From: Escherichia phage vB_EcoM_112
Length of the DNA: 64,000 bases
Reading direction: 5' to 3' (one strand)
Sequence record: NC_024125.2
Part shown: piece by piece, positions 44,338 through 53,412 of the stretch
How positions within the stretch are numbered: position 1 is the stretch's first letter
How the letters are laid out: every line of letters begins with the position of its first letter
The notes under the pieces: generated by a model
The model's input: only the letters and a program-made list of their open reading frames with translations
Database searches by the model: none
Told to the model about the DNA's origin: nothing
Position numbers and translations under genes: made by a program

Positions 44338-45771
44338 TTATTTGCTTTGAATTATACCGCCAGGATTAGCTTCATAAAACTTAGCTACATCCGACTTCTT
44401 AATTTTGATTAAACGGGTTTGTTGGCTATTCACATCATTTGTTGGAATAGCAATTTCACAGCACAAGTTACTCTGACGAATAGGTGCCTTTTCACGAATA
44501 AATGGAGTATAGTTATTCGTATTATCAATGAACTGCACATAAATCCTTGCTGTTCCTGAACGTTCAGTCATGAGCAATTCAAATAGTTCACGGGCTTTAA
44601 TACGCTTTTTACGAATATTAGGGTCTTTTTCTGCTGCTTCGTATAATTCACGGAAACGGTCTTGGTCTTTAAAATAAGAATAATAAAGCTCGCCACCCAT
44701 TTCATGCGGACTGAACAAAGTAATGTAATCGTTCTTTCCGAATCGTTCCATCATCAAATCATTCAGTTGAACACCATAATCCATATGACGAATGCGGTTT
44801 TCTTCTACGCCTTTGTTATTTTTCAAAACGAGAAGATTTTCAACTTCCAAATGCCAAATAGGATAATAAGCAGTAGCAGCGCCGCCACGAATTCCACCCT
44901 GTGAACATGATTTAACAGCAGTCTGAAAATGTTTCCAAAAAGGAATAACACCAGTATGGCGTACTTCACCCATGCCAATCTTAGAACCTTCAGCACGAAT
45001 CATACCAACGTTAATACCAATTCCAGCGCGTTTAGAGATATATTCAACAATTGAAGCGGAAGCCTTATTGATAGACTTCAATGAATCTCCTGCCTCAATA
45101 ACAACACATGAACTAAACTGTCGAGTCGGAGTACGGCAACCAGCCATAATAGGAGTTGGCAATGAAATCTGTCGAGTAGATACTGCTTCATAAAAACGAA
45201 TAACATGTTTTAATCTATCAACAGGTTCATCTTGATGCAATGCCATTCCAATAGTCATAAATGCAAACTGTGGAGTTTCATAAATTTGACCAGTGGTTTT
45301 ATCTTTAACTAGATATTTTTCTTTTAATTGCATCGCCCCGGAATAAGTAAATTCCATATCCCGTTCGTGCTTAATTTTTGATTCTAAAAATGTAATTTCT
45401 TCTGCTGAATATTTTGACAATAATTCAGGGTCATATTTACCTTCATTTACACAGTAAGAAATATGGTCAATAAATGAACGTGGTTCATACTGCCCATAAA
45501 CATGCTTACGAAGAGCAAACATTAAACAGCGTGCAGCTACATATTGATAATCAGGTTCTTCAACCGAAATAGAATTCGCAGCAGCCTTAATGACAATAGT
45601 CTGAATGTCATCAGTTGTCATTCCATCACGGAGATATGATTTAATATTTTCATATAATTCATAAGGATCTACTGATGTTCCCTCAGCTGCCCAAGATAAA
45701 ACTTTAATAATTTTTTGTGGGTCAAAGCTCTGAGAAACACCACTACTTTTGATAACATTAATTAATTGCAT
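44338..45771 (-). CDS. nrdA: Ribonucleotide reductase large subunit, N-terminal piece (nrdA-a-like)
   Basis: 477-aa [28 protein letters not shown]...; includes ATP-cone, FSSC and SNLCCEIAIPT active-site stretch, then 26 unrelated codons and stop. Confidence 0.85.
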   Translation of the reverse strand: MQLINVIKSSGVSQSFDPQKIIKVLSWAAEGTSVDPYELYENIKSYLRDGMTTDDIQTIVIKAAANSISVEEPDYQYVAARCLMFALRKHVYGQYEPRSFIDHISYCVNEGKYDPELLSKYSAEEITFLESKIKHERDMEFTYSGAMQLKEKYLVKDKTTGQIYETPQFAFMTIGMALHQDEPVDRLKHVIRFYEAVSTRQISLPTPIMAGCRTPTRQFSSCVVIEAGDSLKSINKASASIVEYISKRAGIGINVGMIRAEGSKIGMGEVRHTGVIPFWKHFQTAVKSCSQGGIRGGAATAYYPIWHLEVENLLVLKNNKGVEENRIRHMDYGVQLNDLMMERFGKNDYITLFSPHEMGGELYYSYFKDQDRFRELYEAAEKDPNIRKKRIKARELFELLMTERSGTARIYVQFIDNTNNYTPFIREKAPIRQSNLCCEIAIPTNDVNSQQTRLIKIKKSDVAKFYEANPGGIIQSK

Positions 45772-46088
45772 AAGTCCTCAACTTGAAAATCGTCTTTAAA
45801 CAATCGGTTAACTATATGAGCTATTATATCACCATGACACGGCTTTGGTTTACATGTGCATCCTAGCCTCATTCCACGTAAAGGCTCTAAATGTGCTTTA
45901 GTTATTTCTCCGGATTTAATTCGACGTATAAAATCTTTTTTGAATAATTCAATGGCAGCCTCTCGGCTGCCAGCATCTTTACCGACGTAATTTCCCCAAA
46001 ATGTACCACGGTGAATATTAACATCAAAGTCGGATTTATATTTATTCACTACCCGGCATAAACGGTCCGCGCGGTGATAATTCGGCAT
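45762..46088 (-). CDS. Hypothetical protein, DUF4326-like (T4 nrdA.1 position)
   Basis: 108-aa ORF with ...[10 protein letters not shown]...[13 protein letters not shown]... pattern that I associate with DUF4326 from memory. Confidence 0.6.
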   Translation of the reverse strand: MPNYHRADRLCRVVNKYKSDFDVNIHRGTFWGNYVGKDAGSREAAIELFKKDFIRRIKSGEITKAHLEPLRGMRLGCTCKPKPCHGDIIAHIVNRLFKDDFQVEDLCN

Positions 46089-46305
46089 ATTGTTTTTCCG
46101 TTAAAACAGTAATATCGTAGTAACAGTCAGAAGAAGTTTTAACTGTGGAAATTTTATTATCAAAATACTCACGAGTCATTTTATGAGTATAATATTTTTT
46201 GCCATAAATGATAATAGGCTGATTTGGTCCTGGAACTTCTAACTCGCTTGGGTTAGGAAGTGTAAAAAGAACTACACCAGAAGTGTCTTTAAATCGTAAA
46301 ATCAT
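46042..46305 (-). CDS. Hypothetical protein (T4 nrdA.2 position)
   Basis: 87-aa ORF; start abuts td stop; 3' end overlaps the next ORF by 47 nt. Confidence 0.55.
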   Translation of the reverse strand: MILRFKDTSGVVLFTLPNPSELEVPGPNQPIIIYGKKYYTHKMTREYFDNKISTVKTSSDCYYDITVLTEKQYAELSPRGPFMPGSE

Positions 46306-46613
46306 ATTGCCATTTTCCCTTTAATTGCTGGATGCGATTCATAATTTTCAAGGATAAAATCTTTCGGTTTCATGTATTCAGTTAACCAGTAAAGCTGTGT
46401 TTCGGTGTCACAATTTCCAAACTCTATAGGCCAATCAATTTTAAGTTCACACAGTTCTTTAGGCTCACGACGTAAAATTTCTTTACATTGCTCAGTATGA
46501 TTCATATAGATGTGAGTATTACCACCAGAAAATATCAAATCTCCTGGGATAAGATTACACATCTTAGCCACAATATGTGTCAAGGCAGCGTACGAGGCAA
46601 TGTTAAACGGTAG
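46302..46613 (-). CDS. td: Thymidylate synthase, exon 2
   Basis: Resumes [25 protein letters not shown]...; intron ends on the G of an AUG immediately before CUA. Confidence 0.9.
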   Translation of the reverse strand, partial: LPFNIASYAALTHIVAKMCNLIPGDLIFSGGNTHIYMNHTEQCKEILRREPKELCELKIDWPIEFGNCDTETQLYWLTEYMKPKDFILENYESHPAIKGKMAI

Positions 46614-47058
46614 CATTATGTTCAGATAAGGTCGTTAATCTTACCCCGGAATTATATCCAGCTGCATGTCACCATGCAGATCAGACTATATCTCCATCTT
46701 GATAAAGCAAGATGTCTATCGTTTCGAGTCACTTGACTCTACTCCCTAAAGGGATAGTCGTTAGGCATTTATGTAGAACCAATTCCAGTTATCAGATTTT
46801 ACACGATAAGTAACTAATCCAGACGAAATTTTAAAATGCCTCTTCCATCTCTTTTCAAAATCTTTAGCACTTCCTACATATACTTTATTGTTTAAAGTAT
46901 TTTTAATCTGATAAATTCCGCTTTTCATAAATACCTCTTTAAATATAGAAGTATTATTAAAGGGCAGTCCTACAATTTAGCACGGGATTGTCTACTAGAG
47001 AGGTTCCCCGTTTAGATAGATTACAAGTATAAGTCACCTTATACTCAGGCCTCAATTA
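46614..47058 (-). mobile_element. Group I intron in td (~445 nt) with an internally deleted endonuclease ORF
   Basis: Exon 1 ends ...UUGGGU, intron begins UAAUUGAGGCCUGAGUAUAAGGUG as recalled for the T4 td intron; length is ~570 nt shorter than the 1016-nt T4 intron. Confidence 0.88.
46761..46928 (-). pseudogene. In-frame deletion remnant of the I-TevI GIY-YIG endonuclease gene
   Basis: 55-aa ORF MKSGIYQIKNTLNNKVYVGSAKDFEKRWKRHFK|ISSGLVTYRVKSDNWNWFYINA = I-TevI residues 1-33 fused to the last 22; below the ORF-track cutoff. Confidence 0.8.
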
Positions 47059-48430
<1,372 letters not shown>

Positions 48431-48440
48431 ATTATTTTCC

Positions 48441-48683
48441 TTAAACAGACTTTTTCACAATTTTCCAATCAGCTTTAAACTGATTAACATCAGAATGATA
48501 AATCCAGAATCCTGCGCTTTCTCCGTCTTCATAAAGAGGACACCCATCGCATTCATCTTCCCATCCCATATCACGTAAAAGATGTTCAGCTTTTTCAACG
48601 AGCTCAGAATCTTTACCGATGATATTAAAATACCATTTACCTCTAACTTCTGAATCTTTGATGCTTTGGCGTTGTAATCTCAT
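48441..48683 (-). CDS. Hypothetical protein (T4 frd.2 position)
   Basis: ORF-track start is GTG; ATG at 48683 with GAGGAGAATAAA SD gives 80 aa. Confidence 0.55.
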   Translation of the reverse strand: MRLQRQSIKDSEVRGKWYFNIIGKDSELVEKAEHLLRDMGWEDECDGCPLYEDGESAGFWIYHSDVNQFKADWKIVKKSV

Positions 48684-48741
48684 TTTATTCTCCTCATGTA
48701 GTTGATAGGGTAATAGTATCACACTACTACCCTACTGTAAA

Positions 48742-49128
48742 CTACTTTTTGAAAGTTTTTCGCAAAAGTTCAATGATTTCATCTACATTGTTTTCGTCTA
48801 CAATGCAGTGAATTTTTGTTACACCAGAAACTATACCTTCATTAGCGGATTGAGGCTTTTCTAAAGTTACCTCAGTAAAGTATTTGAATTCTTCAGAGTA
48901 AATCTCAAAATACGTCTCAAGTGGGCCACCCGCCATGTATTCAGTGCCATCTTCCATAGTTACACGTACCACACATTCACCAGCACAATCATCACTTTCC
49001 ATTTCATCTACAACAAAACTAGGTCCGTGCTTCTCTATTAAATTTAGCATCATTACATTGCAACGGCACTCGTTAGCAAAGTCATTTTTAAATAAAGGGT
49101 TAATGATATAAGTTTTTCCAACTTCCAT
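48742..49128 (-). CDS. Hypothetical acidic protein (T4 frd.3 position)
   Basis: 128-aa ORF, ATG start with GAGGAAATCAAA SD. Confidence 0.6.
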   Translation of the reverse strand: MEVGKTYIINPLFKNDFANECRCNVMMLNLIEKHGPSFVVDEMESDDCAGECVVRVTMEDGTEYMAGGPLETYFEIYSEEFKYFTEVTLEKPQSANEGIVSGVTKIHCIVDENNVDEIIELLRKTFKK

Positions 49129-49174
49129 TTTGATTTCCTCATTTTAACGGGGCTATCAAATAGCCCCTTGATAA

Positions 49175-49402
49175 TTATTGTTCAATCAGTCCCATGTAAA
49201 ATTCTGCGTCTTCAGAACCCATGTCATCACAATATTCATTAGCCATAAAGAGGGTGAGGTCTTCAAGAGGACCTTTAATAACGATTTGAATACTCCAAAA
49301 CTTAGAATCTTGCACGCTTGTGATACTAAGTTCAGGATAACGATTACGAATAATTTCTTCGATATATTCAAAATCAACGATGTCAATATCAACTTTAGCC
49401 AT
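49175..49402 (-). CDS. Hypothetical acidic protein downstream of gene 32
   Basis: ATG at 49402 ([16 protein letters not shown]...) with AGAGGAAAA SD gives 75 aa. Confidence 0.5.
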   Translation of the reverse strand: MAKVDIDIVDFEYIEEIIRNRYPELSITSVQDSKFWSIQIVIKGPLEDLTLFMANEYCDDMGSEDAEFYMGLIEQ

Positions 49403-49489
49403 ATTATTTTCCTCTTTAATCATCAGCAGTATTGCCGATAGTTGTATAGTACCATGGAAGGACAAGGATGTAAACAGTTTTGTGAAAAA

Positions 49490-49525
49490 ATTTTTGAAAT
49501 AAAAAAGGGGACCTCTAGGGTCCCC
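49490..49525 (-). terminator. Rho-independent terminator after gene 32
   Basis: Minus-strand GGGGACC-CUAGA-GGUCCCC hairpin followed by UUUUUUAUUUC. Confidence 0.65.
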
Positions 49526-49547
49526 AATTAATTAGTAATATAATCTA

Positions 49548-50453
49548 TTAAAGGTCATTCAAAAGGTCATCCAGGTCCGTGTCATCAGCACTAGATGAAC
49601 TGCCAGAGCTTGAGCTCATAAAATCATCTTCAGTTTTTGTATTGAAGTCATCAACATTGAATGCATCCAAATCATCAGCAACTTTATCAGCTTTCTTAGC
49701 AGCAGTTGCAGCGGCACCGCCCATCACAGCAGTTCCCATGACTTGACCGAATTTAGTATTCAGTTCTTCAAATGATTTGAATTTATCTTTAGAAGTCATT
49801 TCAGAAAGGTCAACCATTTGTTCGAACAGTTCTTTCTGGAAAGATTCATCGTCAATGTTTGGAATCGCAGATTGATTCAGGAATTTAGATTCATCGTAGT
49901 TACTAAATCCAGAAACCTGTTTAACTTTCAGTACAAAGTTAGCACCTTCCCACGGACAAGTTACATCAACTGGAGTTTCACCCATTTCAACATCAACTGC
50001 AATCATTGCATTGATTTTATCCCAGATTTTCTTACCGAAACGGTATTTAAATACTTTACCTTCATTTTCTGGAGCAGCTGGGTCTTTTACAACAAGAATG
50101 TTAGCCCAGTAAGAAGTTTTACGTTTAACAAGACCATACTCTTTATTGTCAGTGTTGTACAGATCATTTTTACTGATGTATTGACATACTGGGCAAGAAT
50201 CGTAATCACCATGGGTAGATGAACATGTTTCAATATACCATTTACCATTTTTCTTGAAACCGTGATTTACAAGAATTGCGAATGGTGCTTGTTCATCATT
50301 TTTAGACGGAAGAAAACGAATTACTGCTTGACCGTTACCCGCATTATCGAGTTTCAGTTTCCACTCGCCTTTATCTTCAGAAGAAAAACCTTTATTGCCA
50401 TTCAGTTTAGCCATTTGTGCAGCAAGTTCAGCAGTAGATTTACGTTTAAACAT
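49548..50453 (-). CDS. 32: Single-stranded DNA-binding protein gp32
   Basis: 301-aa [26 protein letters not shown]...; acidic Ser/Asp-rich C-terminus; matches T4 gp32. Confidence 0.96.
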
Positions 50454-50505
50454 TTTATTTCCTTTTTAATTTAATTTAATTTAATTAACAGTTGGTGCTA
50501 TGACA
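50454..50505 (-). promoter_or_regulatory. Gene 32 translational operator (autoregulatory leader)
   Basis: mRNA leader reads ...GUUAAUUAAAUUAAAUUAAAUUAAAAAGGAAAUAAAAUG: repeated UUAAA units upstream of the SD, as described for T4 gene 32. Confidence 0.7.
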
Positions 50506-50512
50506 CTTTACC

Positions 50513-51145
50513 TCATAGCTGGCATAATTCGCAATACTCTGGGTCTTCGAGAGGTATCCAACCTGAGTTGAAATACTTTACCATCGATTTAGCAGTTGTA
50601 TCAGTTATATTTATATTACCTTTAACTCTTCGCCATCCAGGAGTTTTACCGTACAGATTAGAGGATAATAATAACACATAATTCTCGTAAGCAATATGAG
50701 ATAATTTCCAAGACTCTATATTAGCTCGTGATGTTTTCCAAGGTCTAAAATCGTCACGGTTCATATAATTAGCCAATCTCATATGCTCTCTAACTTCCGG
50801 GTCTTTGGCTGGATGAGTTTCACCACTCACACCAAATCCACCACCAGCATATACCAGATTAAAATAGTCTGGATTATCTCTGGCATTTACTTCAAGTTGG
50901 TATTTTCGTTCTGCTTCAATAACATCCAAGTCATCATCAATTTGAATTATTTTAACGCTCGGTTTTTGAAGCATTAGCGCATTCAAAAATCTTTTTTGTT
51001 TACATGAGCTCCAGTATTCCTTTCCGGAAGAGTCATATATTATTCCGTTCTCAAATGAGCAATTTAATTTACTACCGATATAGTAGTATGGCGGAGTCTT
51101 ATTTTTGACACGGTCTTCAAATGTAAACCAATATACTATATTCAT
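50513..51145 (-). CDS. Putative GIY-YIG homing endonuclease (SegG-like, by position between genes 32 and 59)
   Basis: 210-aa ORF; N-terminal IVYWFTF...YYIGSK resembles GIY...YIG, later ...VIEAERKYQLEVNARDNPDYFNL; assignment partly positional. Confidence 0.5.
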   Translation of the reverse strand: MNIVYWFTFEDRVKNKTPPYYYIGSKLNCSFENGIIYDSSGKEYWSSCKQKRFLNALMLQKPSVKIIQIDDDLDVIEAERKYQLEVNARDNPDYFNLVYAGGGFGVSGETHPAKDPEVREHMRLANYMNRDDFRPWKTSRANIESWKLSHIAYENYVLLLSSNLYGKTPGWRRVKGNINITDTTAKSMVKYFNSGWIPLEDPEYCELCQL

Positions 51146-51146
51146 A

Positions 51147-51800
51147 TCAATACTTACAAGATTTCACAGTTTCAATGAAAACATTTTTAGCTTTCTGTGA
51201 ATCAATATTTAAAATTTTTCTATAAGCCTTTAACTTTATAGAATAATTATTCCAGACTAAATTATCAGTCTGTTCATCATGTTTATCAATTATATTTAAA
51301 AACGAATCAAGCAAGATAAACGTCTCAAACGAAATTATATTCGATTGTAGAAGTTTAAAAATATAACTTGACTGAACCTTTGGATTATATTCAAAGATTT
51401 CTTTAAAAGCAGAAACTTCAACTTTTTTACTAAAATAATAAATGTTGCGAATATCTTCTTCAAACTTAAATTTAATTTGCTTTAAGCGTCCGATATATTC
51501 ACGATAAAACACAAGTGCATCAGCGTCAGAGATGTCACCAATCCAAGCATCTTGGTTAGCAACCAAATTACTTATAAAAATTAAAGCAAGTTCCTTTAAT
51601 TTATATTTTTCTGATAACTTCTGGAAAAAATACTTATCCCTTCGCTTTTGATAAGCGGCATCAGACACCCGCATGCACCAATTATACTTAATTACATCAT
51701 ACTTTCCATTCATATGCTGTTTTATCATTAAGTATAATTTATAAACTGATTTACCATCAATGTATCTTTCACCACCAGCAGGCATGCGGAGTTTAATCAT
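51147..51800 (-). CDS. 59: Helicase loader gp59
   Basis: 217-aa ORF MIKLRMPAGGERYIDGKSVYKLYLMIKQH...; matches T4 gp59. Confidence 0.93.
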   Translation of the reverse strand: MIKLRMPAGGERYIDGKSVYKLYLMIKQHMNGKYDVIKYNWCMRVSDAAYQKRRDKYFFQKLSEKYKLKELALIFISNLVANQDAWIGDISDADALVFYREYIGRLKQIKFKFEEDIRNIYYFSKKVEVSAFKEIFEYNPKVQSSYIFKLLQSNIISFETFILLDSFLNIIDKHDEQTDNLVWNNYSIKLKAYRKILNIDSQKAKNVFIETVKSCKY

Positions 51801-52135
51801 AGCAGAAAATCTAATGTATTAGTTTTTTCACAACGAACAACAGAAGGACGTAAAAGATTTTCGTCAATAGCTTCTGACTGAATTTTTTCAATTATACCCG
51901 AAGGAATAAATTTAGCAAATTGAGTTTCAGGAATAGAATTTTCTTCCAAGAATGCTGTCGTAGCTTCAAGATAACTCATTCCAAACTCTTCTACCATTTT
52001 TTCAATAATAAATCCATTTTCTTGACGATCAAGAAGCTTTGCTATTTCATCCTTTTCTTTCTTAATTGAAAGTTCTTTTTCTGAAAGACCGGTCTCATCG
52101 ACCGGACGAATATCATTTAGAGAAAACTGTGTCAT
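51797..52135 (-). CDS. 33: Late transcription co-activator gp33
   Basis: ATG at 52135 (MTQFSLNDIRPVDETG...) gives 112 aa as T4 gp33; the track start is 3 codons upstream. Confidence 0.88.
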   Translation of the reverse strand: MTQFSLNDIRPVDETGLSEKELSIKKEKDEIAKLLDRQENGFIIEKMVEEFGMSYLEATTAFLEENSIPETQFAKFIPSGIIEKIQSEAIDENLLRPSVVRCEKTNTLDFLL

Positions 52136-52382
52136 AAAGTTCAACTACCTCTTCAGTTTCAGCTTCAAACACATCACGGTTATCTTTATGATACAAAGCT
52201 AATAGACGATTAAACATCTTACCATCAACGCCAAGTTCATCTTTGGCACGAATTCGAATATCTTTAATCAGTTCATTATAACCGGAAATTTTCAGTTTAT
52301 GATCAGATGCTTCTTTAATAAATTTAGCCAAGTCTTCGCCATGGATAGCTTCATCAAATTCAACCATTTCTTTTTTAGCCAT
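52113..52382 (-). CDS. dsbA: Double-stranded DNA-binding protein DsbA
   Basis: 89-aa ORF in the 33-rnh interval, as T4 DsbA. Confidence 0.85.
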   Translation of the reverse strand: MAKKEMVEFDEAIHGEDLAKFIKEASDHKLKISGYNELIKDIRIRAKDELGVDGKMFNRLLALYHKDNRDVFEAETEEVVELYDTVFSK

Positions 52383-52390
52383 TATTCACC

Positions 52391-53308
52391 TCAAAATTCA
52401 TTAATGCTATTAGTTAATTTAGAAAGACCCGCTTTTACAAAATATGAATAAATTTTGCCACGCGGTGGTAATTTATATGAATTATAGTAATTCACAATGT
52501 TTGAAGCAATATTATCAGGAATATAATCAAAATCAATTAGAACTAAATTTTCTTTATAACGATTATATTCAGATTCTGTGAGAAGCACCTTAGCTTGCTC
52601 ACGGTCATTAGCAATAGCTTCAACGATTGAAGTTTTCATTGAAGGAGTTCGTTCACCTTCAACTTTGGTAAACCAAAAGTCAGATCGTACTTTAACTGAA
52701 GCAACGTTATCCTTTTTATCGCCTTTAAGGATTTTAGTCATACAGTCAATTTCAGCAGAACCGCTTTTAATTTTAACCCATTTCTTGTGCATCGGTGACC
52801 ATTGCTTAACATTTGGATATTTGTGAAGTTGAGTAAAGTCACCATCCGACGAAATGATTAAAATCTTATGTCCTTCTAAAGAGAACTTTTTAACAAGAAC
52901 AGCAATGTGGTCATCCGCTTCATACTTATCAATATCCATAACAATGTATGGCATATAAGCTTTCAATTCATCTATAACTTTATGGCTGGATTCAAAATAA
53001 CCTTCCCAGTCCCAAGTAGATTCTTCTCGTGCTTTTCCACGGTTTTTCTTATAATAATACGCGAAATCACGACGCCAGTATCCAGATTTCGCATTATCAA
53101 TACACAGTACAATTTTAGTGTATCCAAGAGTTTTTGCTTTTTTGACATTAAACTTAATTGAGTTCAATATCAAATGACGAACCATTGATAAATTAATTTT
53201 TTCTTTATCTGGGAAGTTTACCAAAGCAGTTGAAAGAGCAATTTGACTAAAGTCAATTAAGCAGATTCCTTCTTTGTAATCTTCATCCAGCATCATTTCT
53301 AAATCCAT
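52391..53308 (-). CDS. rnh: RNase H (5'-3' flap exonuclease)
   Basis: ATG at 53308 (MDLEMMLDEDYKEGICLIDF...) gives 305 aa as T4 RNase H; the track start is a TTG 5 codons upstream. Confidence 0.92.
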   Translation of the reverse strand: MDLEMMLDEDYKEGICLIDFSQIALSTALVNFPDKEKINLSMVRHLILNSIKFNVKKAKTLGYTKIVLCIDNAKSGYWRRDFAYYYKKNRGKAREESTWDWEGYFESSHKVIDELKAYMPYIVMDIDKYEADDHIAVLVKKFSLEGHKILIISSDGDFTQLHKYPNVKQWSPMHKKWVKIKSGSAEIDCMTKILKGDKKDNVASVKVRSDFWFTKVEGERTPSMKTSIVEAIANDREQAKVLLTESEYNRYKENLVLIDFDYIPDNIASNIVNYYNSYKLPPRGKIYSYFVKAGLSKLTNSINEF

Positions 53309-53370
53309 ATGAACCTCGTTCAATTAGTGAGATTTCTATTATATACCATCCAAATCTTAAAGTAAACAAG

Positions 53371-53378
53371 TATAAATA
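53371..53378 (+). promoter_or_regulatory. T4-type late promoter (TATAAATA) upstream of gene 34
   Basis: Exact TATAAATA about 35 nt upstream of gp34 ATG. Confidence 0.6.
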
Positions 53379-53412
53379 CTTATTATTGAAAACACAATAG
53401 GAGCCCGGGAGA

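Noticed and set aside
49178-49441. Plus-strand 87-aa ORF and a second minus-strand ORF overlapping the small gene downstream of gene 32
   Set aside because: Only the minus-strand frame starting at 49402 has a good SD (AGAGGAAAA) and matches the transcription direction of the block; the others are overlapping alternate frames.
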